IMG/VR virus record: IMGVR_UViG_3300032323_001402
Span: 1 to 62,177 of that record
Reading direction: 5' to 3' (one strand)
DNA: 62,177 nt
DNA from: a virus
Lineage: Duplodnaviria > Caudoviricetes
In this document: positions 48,899 through 58,248 of the stretch, one piece after another
Position numbering within the stretch: position 1 is the first letter of the stretch
Layout of the letters: the number at the start of each line of letters is the position of its first letter
Notes under the pieces: model-generated
Database searches by the model: none
Seen by the model: only the letters and a program-made list of their open reading frames with translations
Told to the model about the DNA's origin: nothing
Position numbers and translations under genes: made by a program

Positions 48899-49545
48899 GA
48901 GCTAGTGATTTAAATCTACCAGAAGGCATGGAAGTCTATTTAGATATGGACGGAGTCCTTGCAGACTTCTTTCATGAATATGCTAAACTAGCTGGAGTTC
49001 CGGCTAACGAGTATGGTAAACACGATTATCGTTCAATTCCCCCTGCCAAAGCAGATCCTACATTAGATAAGATGGTTGGCACAGATTTCTTTGCTAGATT
49101 GCCTAAATTTCCCAGCACGGACAAGTTAGTTGATATAGTTGTAGATGCAGCAGGCAGTTATAATATCTGTTCTAGCCCACTACGCGGCGATCACGAAGGA
49201 TCGGCAAAATACAAAGGCGTATGGATCAAAAAACATCTCAATCCCCAACCGCAGCATATCTACATCACGCCTAACAAAGCCAAATATGCTAAAAATACCA
49301 ACGGCATGCCTAATGTATTGATTGATGATCGTGGTAGTAATATCTCAGCATGGGAAGCAGCAGGCGGAATTGGTATCAAATATCAAGCAGACGAGAACAG
49401 CCTTAAAGTGGTATTAGACGGACTAAAACGTGCCCGTCGAGTGGCCAAAGGTGAAGAGAAACATGAACCGCAGCAATTAGTCAGTAAAGATAGAGGCGGT
49501 AGCAGTGCTATTGCTGCACCTGGGGATAAAAATGAGAGCGTTTGA
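48895..49545 (+). CDS. HAD 5'(3')-deoxyribonucleotidase-like protein
   Basis: YLDMDGVLADF, K..WI and LIDD...N...WE..GG.G motifs. Confidence 0.8.
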   Translation: MRASDLNLPEGMEVYLDMDGVLADFFHEYAKLAGVPANEYGKHDYRSIPPAKADPTLDKMVGTDFFARLPKFPSTDKLVDIVVDAAGSYNICSSPLRGDHEGSAKYKGVWIKKHLNPQPQHIYITPNKAKYAKNTNGMPNVLIDDRGSNISAWEAAGGIGIKYQADENSLKVVLDGLKRARRVAKGEEKHEPQQLVSKDRGGSSAIAAPGDKNESV

Positions 49546-49855
49546 GTTTATTACAGAAGCCAAGCGTAAAAAACGTAGACCTCGTTGGGCTGCTTATGGT
49601 CCGGGCCCATATGGTGGGTATGGATACTATGCTGGCTACAGTGGCGATGGTGGATCCAGCGGTGGCGATGGTGGAGGAGTAGGTGAAAACTTTGCAGACG
49701 GCAAAAAACCAGGTCGTAAGGGTCTAGCAAAGCGTAGTGGAGTAAACTGCAAGGCCAGCGTTACAAGTCTACGCAAAACTGCTAAGAATTCGTCAGGCGA
49801 AAAAGCACGTATGGCACATTGGTGCGCTAACATGAAGAGCGGTAAAAAGAAATAA
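49532..49855 (+). CDS. Gly-rich/basic hypothetical protein
   Basis: MRAFEFITEA start; ENFADGKKPGRKG module. Confidence 0.65.
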   Translation: MRAFEFITEAKRKKRRPRWAAYGPGPYGGYGYYAGYSGDGGSSGGDGGGVGENFADGKKPGRKGLAKRSGVNCKASVTSLRKTAKNSSGEKARMAHWCANMKSGKKK

Positions 49856-49865
49856 ATACAATACT

Positions 49866-50114
49866 ATGAAAATACGTGAAATATTTGAAACAGCAACAGC
49901 AGGTGCAACTAGTGCAGGAAATATTGCCACAGTTGATGCTCCACATCTTAGTCCCGGAAAAGCTCGTGGCAAAAAGAGCTATATAGGAGAACCCGGAGGC
50001 CCCGGCGGTACTAAAGCACCACCGCAACCTAAACCTAAAAAAATTAAGCCCACTGATAATGCACTAGATATGAAAACTAGTTTATTTGGTGAAGGCAACG
50101 CAATTAAAAGATAA
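49866..50114 (+). CDS. hypothetical late protein
   Basis: TAAATA upstream; MKIREIFETA start. Confidence 0.65.
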   Translation: MKIREIFETATAGATSAGNIATVDAPHLSPGKARGKKSYIGEPGGPGGTKAPPQPKPKKIKPTDNALDMKTSLFGEGNAIKR

Positions 50115-50143
50115 ATAAAAATACGAACCCCAAGGACTCGAAC

Positions 50144-50983
50144 ATGGACTTTAAATCAATAATTAGCAAGATCAGCAGTTTAAACGATGAAGTTAAAACT
50201 ATTGCTGCCCCAGAATTACCACAAAGTGTACAACTTAATGAAGATGCACAACTTCGTGTTCTAAGCGGCCGTACTACTTACGTTGCTGAAGCTAAAAAAC
50301 AAGCTGAAGAAAAGAAAGACGAAGCAGTTAAAGAAGAAATGAAAGTCGGTGATAGTAAAAAAACTGCTAAAGGCGGCACAGTTACTAAAACTAAAACAGG
50401 TATCGTTCATAAAGCTGCTCCAGGCAACTACGGCGGATCCGACGATAAAGATACAGATCCTGATGCAGATGACGAGCCAAAAGCTAAAAAAGCTAAAAAA
50501 GAATCTATTGATACAGAAGCTTTCAAAGGCAAGTTTGCTAAAATGGTAGAAGCCAAGAAAGACGAAAAGAAAGATACTAAAAAGAAACCAATGAAAGAAG
50601 CTGCTAAACCAGATTTTTTGGACATTGACAAAGACGGCGACAAGAAAGAACCAATGAAGAAAGCTGCTAAAGAAAAAGGTGGCGACAAGCCAGCTGGTAA
50701 GAAAGGCATGAGTGCTAAACAAGAAAAATTCTTTGGTAAAAAGAAAACCGTTAAAGAATCAGTGGAACAAAAATTAACTTTCAAAGACATGGTTCAACTA
50801 GTTCAAGAAAGTGGTGGTCAACAACAAATTGATGCAGTGGATCAGGAATTGTTTGCTTGGGCACAACGTGTTGCTAAATCTAAATTCCAAGAAAGCACCA
50901 AAGCTGATTTATATGCTGGTCTAGTATACGAGCGTATGGGCGGTGTATTTGAAATGTATGACGTGCTAGCAGAAACAAAATAA
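50144..50983 (+). CDS. Lys/Glu-rich putative internal head/scaffold-type protein
   Basis: TAAATA at 50112; many xxE|A/S motifs; KPDFLDIDKDGD. Confidence 0.65.
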   Translation: MDFKSIISKISSLNDEVKTIAAPELPQSVQLNEDAQLRVLSGRTTYVAEAKKQAEEKKDEAVKEEMKVGDSKKTAKGGTVTKTKTGIVHKAAPGNYGGSDDKDTDPDADDEPKAKKAKKESIDTEAFKGKFAKMVEAKKDEKKDTKKKPMKEAAKPDFLDIDKDGDKKEPMKKAAKEKGGDKPAGKKGMSAKQEKFFGKKKTVKESVEQKLTFKDMVQLVQESGGQQQIDAVDQELFAWAQRVAKSKFQESTKADLYAGLVYERMGGVFEMYDVLAETK

Positions 50984-51000
50984 TTTAACCAAATTAACAT

Positions 51001-51032
51001 AAAGCCAGCAACTTAGGTTGACTGGCTTTTTT
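51001..51032 (+). terminator. Rho-independent terminator
   Basis: AAAGCCAG-CAAC-TTAG-GTTG-A-CTGGCTTTTTT. Confidence 0.85.
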
Positions 51033-51046
51033 GTTGACTGTATAAT
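51018..51046 (+). promoter_or_regulatory. sigma70 promoter overlapping the terminator
   Basis: TTGACT-17-TATAAT. Confidence 0.75.
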
Positions 51047-51069
51047 AGTCGTATAAGGAGATTTATCAT

Positions 51070-51327
51070 ATGACTAAAATGTACGGTCCGGAAGAAAAAG
51101 CAAAGCTCGAAAGATTAATCAACGAAGGATCAAACGTACTTCGTGAAGTAGAAGATCTCAACGAAGGTCTAAAAGAAACTGTAAAAGCTGTTGCCGAAGA
51201 ACTTCAAATCAAACCAAGCATTATTACCCGTGCAATTAAAATTGCTCATAAAGGTGATTTCAAAGCACACGATGAAGATTGGCAAGAGATCGAAGCTATC
51301 CTTGACATCACCAAGCGACTTGATTAA
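51070..51327 (+). CDS. small helical protein, possibly T4 DsbA/GapR-like DNA-binding
   Basis: SD TAAGGAG; coiled-coil pattern; family call tentative. Confidence 0.55.
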   Translation: MTKMYGPEEKAKLERLINEGSNVLREVEDLNEGLKETVKAVAEELQIKPSIITRAIKIAHKGDFKAHDEDWQEIEAILDITKRLD

Positions 51328-51611
51328 TGTTTAATTCAACTGTTGATTGGATTAAGGAAGACTACGCTACACATCCTGTACGTTTTGTATTAGAACTGTT
51401 AGCATGGTTTATGAGTATTGGCTGTACGATTTGGATGGGGTATACACTACCTAATCCTCCCTTCATATATCTATACCCTTTGTTTGTTATACAGTGTACA
51501 ATATTTGGGTGGGCAGCTTGGACCCGGGGATCAACTGGGATGATCGCTAACTATCTATTGATCGCCACTATCGATGTCATTGCCTACACAAGGATGATAA
51601 GTAATCTATAA
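51327..51611 (+). CDS. membrane protein (about 3 TM)
   Basis: Hydrophobic segments; TAATG overlap. Confidence 0.65.
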   Translation: MFNSTVDWIKEDYATHPVRFVLELLAWFMSIGCTIWMGYTLPNPPFIYLYPLFVIQCTIFGWAAWTRGSTGMIANYLLIATIDVIAYTRMISNL

Positions 51612-51620
51612 GCAAGGTCG

Positions 51621-51665
51621 GCGGGCCATAAACCGCATATTGGTATTTGCAAGCCGTAAGTTGCA
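51621..51665 (+). promoter_or_regulatory. twin-hairpin putative translational operator of the DNA polymerase gene
   Basis: GCGG-GCCATAAA-CCGC and TGCAA-GCCGTAAG-TTGCA, abutting SD TAAGGAG. Confidence 0.55.
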
Positions 51666-51677
51666 TAAGGAGAATAA

Positions 51678-54347
51678 ATGAGTTACGTAGACGCTTTCTA
51701 TGATAGAGAGCAGGACGTTATCAATGTCGTTGAACGTGACGACAAAGGTAACAGACATTTCAAAGAATATCCCGCACGGCATATTTTCTATTATCCTGAT
51801 CCAAAGGGCAAATATCTTTCAATTAAAGGTGAACCGTTAAGCCGTGTTACCAGCAAGAATGTTAAAGAACATCGTAAAGAACTTGCGATTCACAGTAACA
51901 AACGATTATTCGAAAGTGACATCAATCCAATTTATCGTTGTCTAGAAGACAACTACCTGAATGCCGATGCCCCAAAACTAAATGTAGCTTGGTTCGACAT
52001 TGAGGTGGACTTTGATCCAGAACGTGGTTACGCATCGCCAGAAGATGCATTCATGCCAATTACTGCGATTGCCGTTCAATTACAATGGATGGACACTATG
52101 GTGTGTTTGGCATTGCCCCCTAAGACGCTGTCAATGGAAGAAGCAACTAAGCAGGTTGCAGAATTTCCTAACACTATGTTGTTCGAGACAGAAGGCGAGA
52201 TGCTAGACACGTTTCTTAACTTAATTGAAGATGCAGATGTATTAAGTGGCTGGAACAGTGAAGGCTTTGATATTCCTTACACCGTTAATCGTGTCACTAA
52301 GGTATTGAGCAAAGAAGACACTCGACGTTTTTGTTTATGGAATCAGTATCCTAAGAAACGTGAATATGAAAAATATGGTAAGAGTGCAGTTACATATGAT
52401 TTAATTGGTCGTGTACACTTAGACTCGTTGGAACTATATAGAAAATACACATATGAAGAACGCCATACATATCGATTAGATGCTATCGGTGAGATGGAGA
52501 TTGGTGAAAACAAAACAGTCTACGAAGGCACACTTGATCAATTATACAACAATGACTTCCGTAAGTTTATTGAGTACAACAGACAAGACTGTGCGTTGCT
52601 TGATAAACTAGACAAAAAACTCAAGTTCTTAGCTCTTGCTAACACCCTGGCGCATGAATGTACTGTGTTGTTGCAGACTACTATGGGAGCAGTGGCAGTT
52701 ACTGAACAAGCAATTATTAATGAATCACACCGCCGCGGACTTATTGTTCCTAATCGTATACAGCGTGATCCTAATGACAGTAATCAAGCAGCAGGTGCGT
52801 ATGTTGCGTATCCGAAAAAAGGCATTCACGAATGGATCGGCTCACTAGATATTAACTCACTATATCCATCTGCGATTCGTGCATTAAACATGGGTCCAGA
52901 AACTATTGTTGGACAGTTACGTCAAGACGGTACCAAAGACTTTATTGCGGCAGAGATAGGCAAAGGAAAATCTTTTGCCAGTGCTTGGGAAGGTGTGTTT
53001 GGTAGTCTAGAATATACTGCTGTAATGAATCGTGAAGTAGGCCGAGAAATCACTATCGATTGGGAAGACGGTGGTAATGACACATTAAGTGCTGCTCAAG
53101 CCTACGACTTAATTTTTGAAAGTAATCAACCTTGGATGCTCAGTGCTAACGGCACAATCTTTACTTACGAAAAAGAAGGTATCATTCCCGGACTGTTAAA
53201 GCGTTGGTATGCAGAGCGTAAAGACATGCAGACTAAATTAAAAGAATGTATTCAAGCAGGAAATAAAATTGAAGAAGAATATTGGGACAAACGTCAACTG
53301 GTTAAAAAGATTAACCTCAATAGCTTATACGGTGCTATTCTTAACCCTGGTTGCAGGTTCTTTGATAATCGTATTGGCCAATCCACAACTCTTACCGGCA
53401 GAGCCGTTGCTCGTCATATGGCTGGGAAAGTAAATGAAATTATTACCGGAGAGAACGATCACATTGGTAAAGCAATTATCTATGGTGATACAGACTCTTG
53501 TTATTTTTCTGCATACAGTACGCTGAAGAAAGATATTGAAAAAGGATTAATTCCTTGGAGCCGTGAAAATATTATTGATCTTTATGATAGCATAGGAGAA
53601 GAAGTAAATGGCACATTTCCAAAGTTTATGCAAGACGCATTCCACTGTCCAAAAGTCAGAGGTGAAGTCATCAAAGCAGGTCGCGAGATTGTTGCTTCCA
53701 AAGGACTATTCATTACTAAAAAACGATATGCAGTCCTCTACTACGACAAAGAAGGCAAACGAACAGACACAGACGGCAGCCCTGGTAAGATTAAAGCCAT
53801 GGGGCTTGACCTAAAGAGATCGGATACTCCTGTAGTCATCCAAGACTTTTTAAGTGAAGTACTTACTAAGGTTCTTAACGGTGCTGCTAAAGAAGAAGTT
53901 CTCGAATATATTACCGACTTCCGTACTGAATTTAAAACCCGTCCAGGTTGGGAGAAAGGTAGTCCTAAACGTGCCAATAATATTTCCGAATATGCTGCTA
54001 AGGAAAAGAAAGCAGGTAAGACCAACATGCCCGGACACGTTCGTGCTAGTTTGAATTGGAATACCCTAAAGCGTATGATGGATGACAAGTATTCTGTGAC
54101 TATTACTGACGGTGCTAAAGTCATTGTATGTCGTCTTAAAAACAATCCTATGGGGCATACTTCAGTGGCATATCCTGTAGACGAATTGCGTTTACCACAG
54201 TGGTTTAAAGATCTACCGTTCGACGATGCAGAAATGGAAACCACAGTCATCGATGAAAAATTAGAAAACCTAATTGGTGTTTTGGAATGGGACATCAGTT
54301 CAACTCGCAGTGATAATACATTCAGCAAATTATTTGATTTTGATTAA
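51678..54347 (+). CDS. family B DNA polymerase (gp43-like)
   Basis: FDIEV exonuclease motif; DINSLYPS, KINLNSLYG, YGDTDS and KKRY motifs. Confidence 0.97.
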   Translation: MSYVDAFYDREQDVINVVERDDKGNRHFKEYPARHIFYYPDPKGKYLSIKGEPLSRVTSKNVKEHRKELAIHSNKRLFESDINPIYRCLEDNYLNADAPKLNVAWFDIEVDFDPERGYASPEDAFMPITAIAVQLQWMDTMVCLALPPKTLSMEEATKQVAEFPNTMLFETEGEMLDTFLNLIEDADVLSGWNSEGFDIPYTVNRVTKVLSKEDTRRFCLWNQYPKKREYEKYGKSAVTYDLIGRVHLDSLELYRKYTYEERHTYRLDAIGEMEIGENKTVYEGTLDQLYNNDFRKFIEYNRQDCALLDKLDKKLKFLALANTLAHECTVLLQTTMGAVAVTEQAIINESHRRGLIVPNRIQRDPNDSNQAAGAYVAYPKKGIHEWIGSLDINSLYPSAIRALNMGPETIVGQLRQDGTKDFIAAEIGKGKSFASAWEGVFGSLEYTAVMNREVGREITIDWEDGGNDTLSAAQAYDLIFESNQPWMLSANGTIFTYEKEGIIPGLLKRWYAERKDMQTKLKECIQAGNKIEEEYWDKRQLVKKINLNSLYGAILNPGCRFFDNRIGQSTTLTGRAVARHMAGKVNEIITGENDHIGKAIIYGDTDSCYFSAYSTLKKDIEKGLIPWSRENIIDLYDSIGEEVNGTFPKFMQDAFHCPKVRGEVIKAGREIVASKGLFITKKRYAVLYYDKEGKRTDTDGSPGKIKAMGLDLKRSDTPVVIQDFLSEVLTKVLNGAAKEEVLEYITDFRTEFKTRPGWEKGSPKRANNISEYAAKEKKAGKTNMPGHVRASLNWNTLKRMMDDKYSVTITDGAKVIVCRLKNNPMGHTSVAYPVDELRLPQWFKDLPFDDAEMETTVIDEKLENLIGVLEWDISSTRSDNTFSKLFDFD

Positions 54348-54354
54348 AATATTG

Positions 54355-54383
54355 TTGACTTTTGCTCACGATCTAAATATAAT
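54355..54383 (+). promoter_or_regulatory. sigma70 promoter with embedded TAAATA
   Basis: TTGACT-17-TATAAT; TAAATA at 54374-54379. Confidence 0.75.
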
Positions 54384-54407
54384 ATTAATATAACCGGAGA
54401 AACCCAA

Positions 54408-55145
54408 ATGAAAGACATTTTACAAGACATCGTAAGTCATACACAAAACCTTGGCTTCCTAACAACTGTTAAAGTTTCAGGAACTGAACAAGGTACAACT
54501 ATTAACTCAATGGCTGATGACCGTTCAGTTATTATGGAGGCTGAGACTGCTAATCCATATCCAGACATGTTAGGTGTGTTTGGTATGCCACAACTACAAA
54601 AACTCAAATATCTATTAGATGGTGCTGAGTACAAAGACGATGCTAAAATTAGTATCACGACAGCAGAACGCAACGGAGAAACTATTCCAGTTGGCATTCA
54701 CTTTGAAAACAAAGACAGTGACTTTAAAAACGACTATCGTTTTATGTCTACTGAAGTTATTAACGAAAAGATGAAAACTGTTAAGTTTCGTGGAGTTAAA
54801 TGGGACGTTGAAGTTGATCCTAGTGTTAGTGCTGTGCAACGTTTCAACTTCCAGGCAGGCGCAAATTCAGAGCATCCAACATTTCTTGCTAAAACAGATG
54901 GTGGCAATTTGAAATTTATCTTTGGCGATGCAAGCACACACGGTGGTGAGTTTATTTTTGCACAAAATGTTGAAGGTAAATTAGATCGTGGCTGGACATG
55001 GCCAGTGTTACCAATCTTGAGCATTCTTAAGATTGCAGATGTTAACAACACTAAGATGTCATTATCAAATGAAGGTGCTATTCAAATCACTTTAGATAGC
55101 GGACTTGCTACTTACAAATACATTATTCCAGCTCAGGCAGCCTAA
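54408..55145 (+). CDS. probable sliding clamp (gp45-like)
   Basis: 245 aa alpha/beta protein directly after the polymerase; clamp loader is in the window. Inferred from size and context. Confidence 0.5.
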   Translation: MKDILQDIVSHTQNLGFLTTVKVSGTEQGTTINSMADDRSVIMEAETANPYPDMLGVFGMPQLQKLKYLLDGAEYKDDAKISITTAERNGETIPVGIHFENKDSDFKNDYRFMSTEVINEKMKTVKFRGVKWDVEVDPSVSAVQRFNFQAGANSEHPTFLAKTDGGNLKFIFGDASTHGGEFIFAQNVEGKLDRGWTWPVLPILSILKIADVNNTKMSLSNEGAIQITLDSGLATYKYIIPAQAA

Positions 55146-55147
55146 AT

Positions 55148-56755
55148 ATGAAACAACCAGTTGATCTAACACCGTTGCAGAAAGATTATGCAGTATACTT
55201 ACCAGCTATCAGTGCTTTTTATAGCACGTATGTTGCCAAGCAACGTTTAGAAAAGTTTATTTCAGACGATCGTATTCCTGCGGGATTTGATCGTGGTGTT
55301 GAAGGTATGAACTTCCTAAATCCCGAACAAGGCTATTTCTTTTACAAATACGGTTTGTATTCGGCAGGTCATGCACAACTTGATTTGCAAAAGAGTCTTG
55401 TACAAGAATCAATGATTCAAGATCGAGATCGTTCAAAGACAATGATCTTAGGTGACTCCGGCGGGTATCAGATTGGTAAAGGTGTTCTTAAGTTTGACTG
55501 GTTAAACTTTGAAGGTGCAGAAGCTACTAAGACTCGTCAGAAAATTCTTGAATGGTTAGAACTTACTGCTGATTGGTCAATGATGCTAGACGTTCCGACA
55601 TGGGCTTGTGATCATATTCACAGTCCAAAAACTGGATTAAAGACATTTGAAGATTGTTTAGAAAAGACTCGGTATAATAACGATTATTTCTTAATGAATC
55701 GGTTAGGAGCCACTAAATGGCTTAATGTACTACAAGGTTCAGATTGGGATACTGCTGAGAAATGGTATAACGGTGTTAAAGAGTTTAGCGATCCAAATGG
55801 CAAGTATGCTGGACGTGAAGCAGAAGGGTGGGCCATGGGTGGTGCTAATATGTGCAAAATGGACATTACTCTCAAACGACTGATGACTATGCGTGAAGAT
55901 GGCTTGTTAAAAGGCAAGAACTGGATGCACTTCTTGGGTACAGCTCAGTTAGATTGGTCATGTTACTTAACTCTTATCCAACGTCAGATCAGAAAGCATA
56001 TCAATCCAGAGATTACAATCAGTTTCGACTGTGCATCACCGTTCATTGCTACTGCACACGGACTTGTTTATACTAATGCTGTTCACACTAACAAGCGTTG
56101 GTCGGTGATTATGGACAAGGCTCCAGATAATAAAGCACTTGCTAACTCAGATATTCCGTTTCCGTTTGAAAGTGAGTTTGCTTCTAGACTTGTTATGGGC
56201 GATATTGCATATTACGACTACGGTGTTCGTAAGACTGATGAAGAACTAGGTGACGTTAAATTTAATCACTTAGATCCATCACATTATAATGTTGTGCCTA
56301 AACTTAATAAACTAGGTAAGATTCCAAACAAAACATCGTGGGATAGTTTTGCTTACGCACTAATGATGGGTCATAATGTTGAATGTCATATTGTTGCGGT
56401 ACAACGTGCTCAACAGTTGATGGACATTGAATGTGCGAGATTTAAACCAGATTGGCGTATGAAGAGCATTGAAGGCAAGAAAGAAATTGAATTCAGCGAT
56501 TGGGTTCCTAATAGAATTCTATATTTTGCGGCCTTTGTTGAAGAACTATTTAATACTAAAACTAAAGCAGAAGCATTCCAATTAATTTCGGATGCTGCTG
56601 GATTCCTAAAGAGCTTAGAAGGTTCACGCTTACAGGGCGGTCCTGCTGCAAACACTTTTGGCAGTTTGTTTGATTTTGATGATGGCAAAAAGTCTGCAGA
56701 AATTGACTTTTCAAATCCCGATGATGACGATCTAAATAGCTTAGTCGTTGAATAA
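55148..56755 (+). CDS. TGT/DpdA-family guanine transglycosylase
   Basis: DSGGYQ, MLDVP, VLQG, GWAMGG, HFLG and SFDCAS in TGT motif order. Confidence 0.8.
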   Translation: MKQPVDLTPLQKDYAVYLPAISAFYSTYVAKQRLEKFISDDRIPAGFDRGVEGMNFLNPEQGYFFYKYGLYSAGHAQLDLQKSLVQESMIQDRDRSKTMILGDSGGYQIGKGVLKFDWLNFEGAEATKTRQKILEWLELTADWSMMLDVPTWACDHIHSPKTGLKTFEDCLEKTRYNNDYFLMNRLGATKWLNVLQGSDWDTAEKWYNGVKEFSDPNGKYAGREAEGWAMGGANMCKMDITLKRLMTMREDGLLKGKNWMHFLGTAQLDWSCYLTLIQRQIRKHINPEITISFDCASPFIATAHGLVYTNAVHTNKRWSVIMDKAPDNKALANSDIPFPFESEFASRLVMGDIAYYDYGVRKTDEELGDVKFNHLDPSHYNVVPKLNKLGKIPNKTSWDSFAYALMMGHNVECHIVAVQRAQQLMDIECARFKPDWRMKSIEGKKEIEFSDWVPNRILYFAAFVEELFNTKTKAEAFQLISDAAGFLKSLEGSRLQGGPAANTFGSLFDFDDGKKSAEIDFSNPDDDDLNSLVVE

Positions 56756-56759
56756 ACTA

Positions 56760-56788
56760 TTGACAGTTCACATAAAAGATAGTATAAT
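56760..56788 (+). promoter_or_regulatory. sigma70 promoter
   Basis: TTGACA-17-TATAAT; ATG 6 nt downstream. Confidence 0.8.
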
Positions 56789-56793
56789 TAACT

Positions 56794-56949
56794 ATGAAAC
56801 AAAAATGTTCTACCTGCTACGAAACAATTAGACCTGATTGCGATTGGCGACAAGGTAGATGCCCACATCGTCCTGCTATGATTATTATCAACAATTCCTA
56901 TAAAGCAAGATTCCTTAACTTACTTAAATTCTTAAAGATTATCAAATGA
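56794..56949 (+). CDS. small Cys-rich protein (51 aa)
   Basis: Unlisted ORF MKQKCSTC...DCDWRQGRCPH; ATGA overlap with the next gene. Confidence 0.6.
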   Translation: MKQKCSTCYETIRPDCDWRQGRCPHRPAMIIINNSYKARFLNLLKFLKIIK

Positions 56950-57473
56950 AAAGAGATTATGATACCGGTGTTGCCGAAGAAGTAATATTGTTTACTGGTA
57001 TTGAGATTGAAAAGACTCCTGCATACGGAATGAAAACTCTGTTTGTGGTTGGCGTTCAGAACGAACAGACAATTATAAATCTTGCTAAGGATCACAACTG
57101 CACTCATATCTATTTTGGTGCTAATCAAAGTTTTCCTAAACTCGATACCGACGACGGCAAAGGATGGCAGCCTTGGGAATTTATGATTCAAGAATGTCTT
57201 GATGCTGGCTTTTGGTGTACCCTAGACTTTGATGTAGGTGTAGTAGAAGGTGTACTCGAAAGCTGCCTAGTTGAACATCGTCAGTTTATTCCGCAGATTT
57301 CAGTTAAACTTCCCTATTTACAACAGTTGGGATACAATGCTACAATTAAAATCGACGACAAAGATTTTGCAGCAACTAATCATGGGGTATGGTGCCATAA
57401 CCTACATGACTTACTTGGTAGAGATAAATTTACCAGTTGGGACCAATATGGCAAGGACGAGATTATTAAATGA
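56946..57473 (+). CDS. hypothetical protein in the modification cluster
   Basis: HIYFGANQSF and KIDDKDF..TN.GVWCH motifs. Confidence 0.7.
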   Translation: MKRDYDTGVAEEVILFTGIEIEKTPAYGMKTLFVVGVQNEQTIINLAKDHNCTHIYFGANQSFPKLDTDDGKGWQPWEFMIQECLDAGFWCTLDFDVGVVEGVLESCLVEHRQFIPQISVKLPYLQQLGYNATIKIDDKDFAATNHGVWCHNLHDLLGRDKFTSWDQYGKDEIIK

Positions 57474-57823
57474 GTGGTGGATACGCAGTTGCATCAGTGC
57501 CAAGAATTCGTGGTGCAACACAAATTAAATCTAGAACAAAGGTAAGACCAATGAAGTTAACTTTTAAACAAAAATTACGTAACTGGTTAATGAATGAGGA
57601 AGGCGACTACGGCGCAACTATCACAATTGACGAGTGCAGTCCAAATCTATCTTCACAAGGCTTTCGCCTAAATATATATGGTGCCAGTGGAGGTACTATT
57701 GTGGAAACTACCAAGTACGATCGTAAACATGATGAGAATCGTAATAGTCTGCATATAATTACTGATGACAAAGATCTAGGTGAAGAACTTGGAAAAATTA
57801 TTACTATGGAACAATTACGATGA
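57470..57823 (+). CDS. hypothetical protein
   Basis: ATGA overlaps. Confidence 0.65.
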   Translation: MSGGYAVASVPRIRGATQIKSRTKVRPMKLTFKQKLRNWLMNEEGDYGATITIDECSPNLSSQGFRLNIYGASGGTIVETTKYDRKHDENRNSLHIITDDKDLGEELGKIITMEQLR

Positions 57824-58236
57824 TGATTAGACAAGATCAACGACCTAACAAAATGATTTGGGTTACTTTCCAGAAAGAAGGCATACATAAATATCCTGCA
57901 GCATTAACAGATCCAAATCTAGCTACAGGAGATGAATATGATGTATCGTTTTTGGGTTATCCTCATCGCCACATCTTTCATTTCAGGGTGTGGATCAGTG
58001 TGTCCCACAACGACAGGGACATCGAGTTCATCCAATTTAAACGTTGGCTCTGTTCGTTGTATCAATCAAATTCCAGTAGTAACAATAGTCAAGGTGCCGT
58101 TCTAGACCTTGATTTCAAAAGTTGTGAAATGATGTCAGACGATCTGTATGATATCATTAACAAGAAGTATCCAGACCGTGAGGTTTGGATTGAGGTCTCC
58201 GAAGATGGAGAAAATGGTTCATTTATCAAATATTAA
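57820..58236 (+). CDS. QueD/PTPS-like T-fold protein
   Basis: EGIH, HRHIFHF, RDIEFI, SCEM and IEVSED resemble the PTPS His/Glu layout. Confidence 0.6.
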   Translation: MMIRQDQRPNKMIWVTFQKEGIHKYPAALTDPNLATGDEYDVSFLGYPHRHIFHFRVWISVSHNDRDIEFIQFKRWLCSLYQSNSSSNNSQGAVLDLDFKSCEMMSDDLYDIINKKYPDREVWIEVSEDGENGSFIKY

Positions 58237-58248
58237 TAAGAGGCTGCA

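Noticed and set aside
50560-50700. A-rich repeats (AAGAAA...CCAATGAA) as a DNA-level repeat element
   Set aside because: Explained by the Lys/Glu-rich low-complexity protein sequence (KKPMKEAAK / KEPMKKAAK).
51678-54347. Intein or intron in the DNA polymerase
   Set aside because: Continuous 889-aa ORF of normal PolB size with no splicing motifs apparent.
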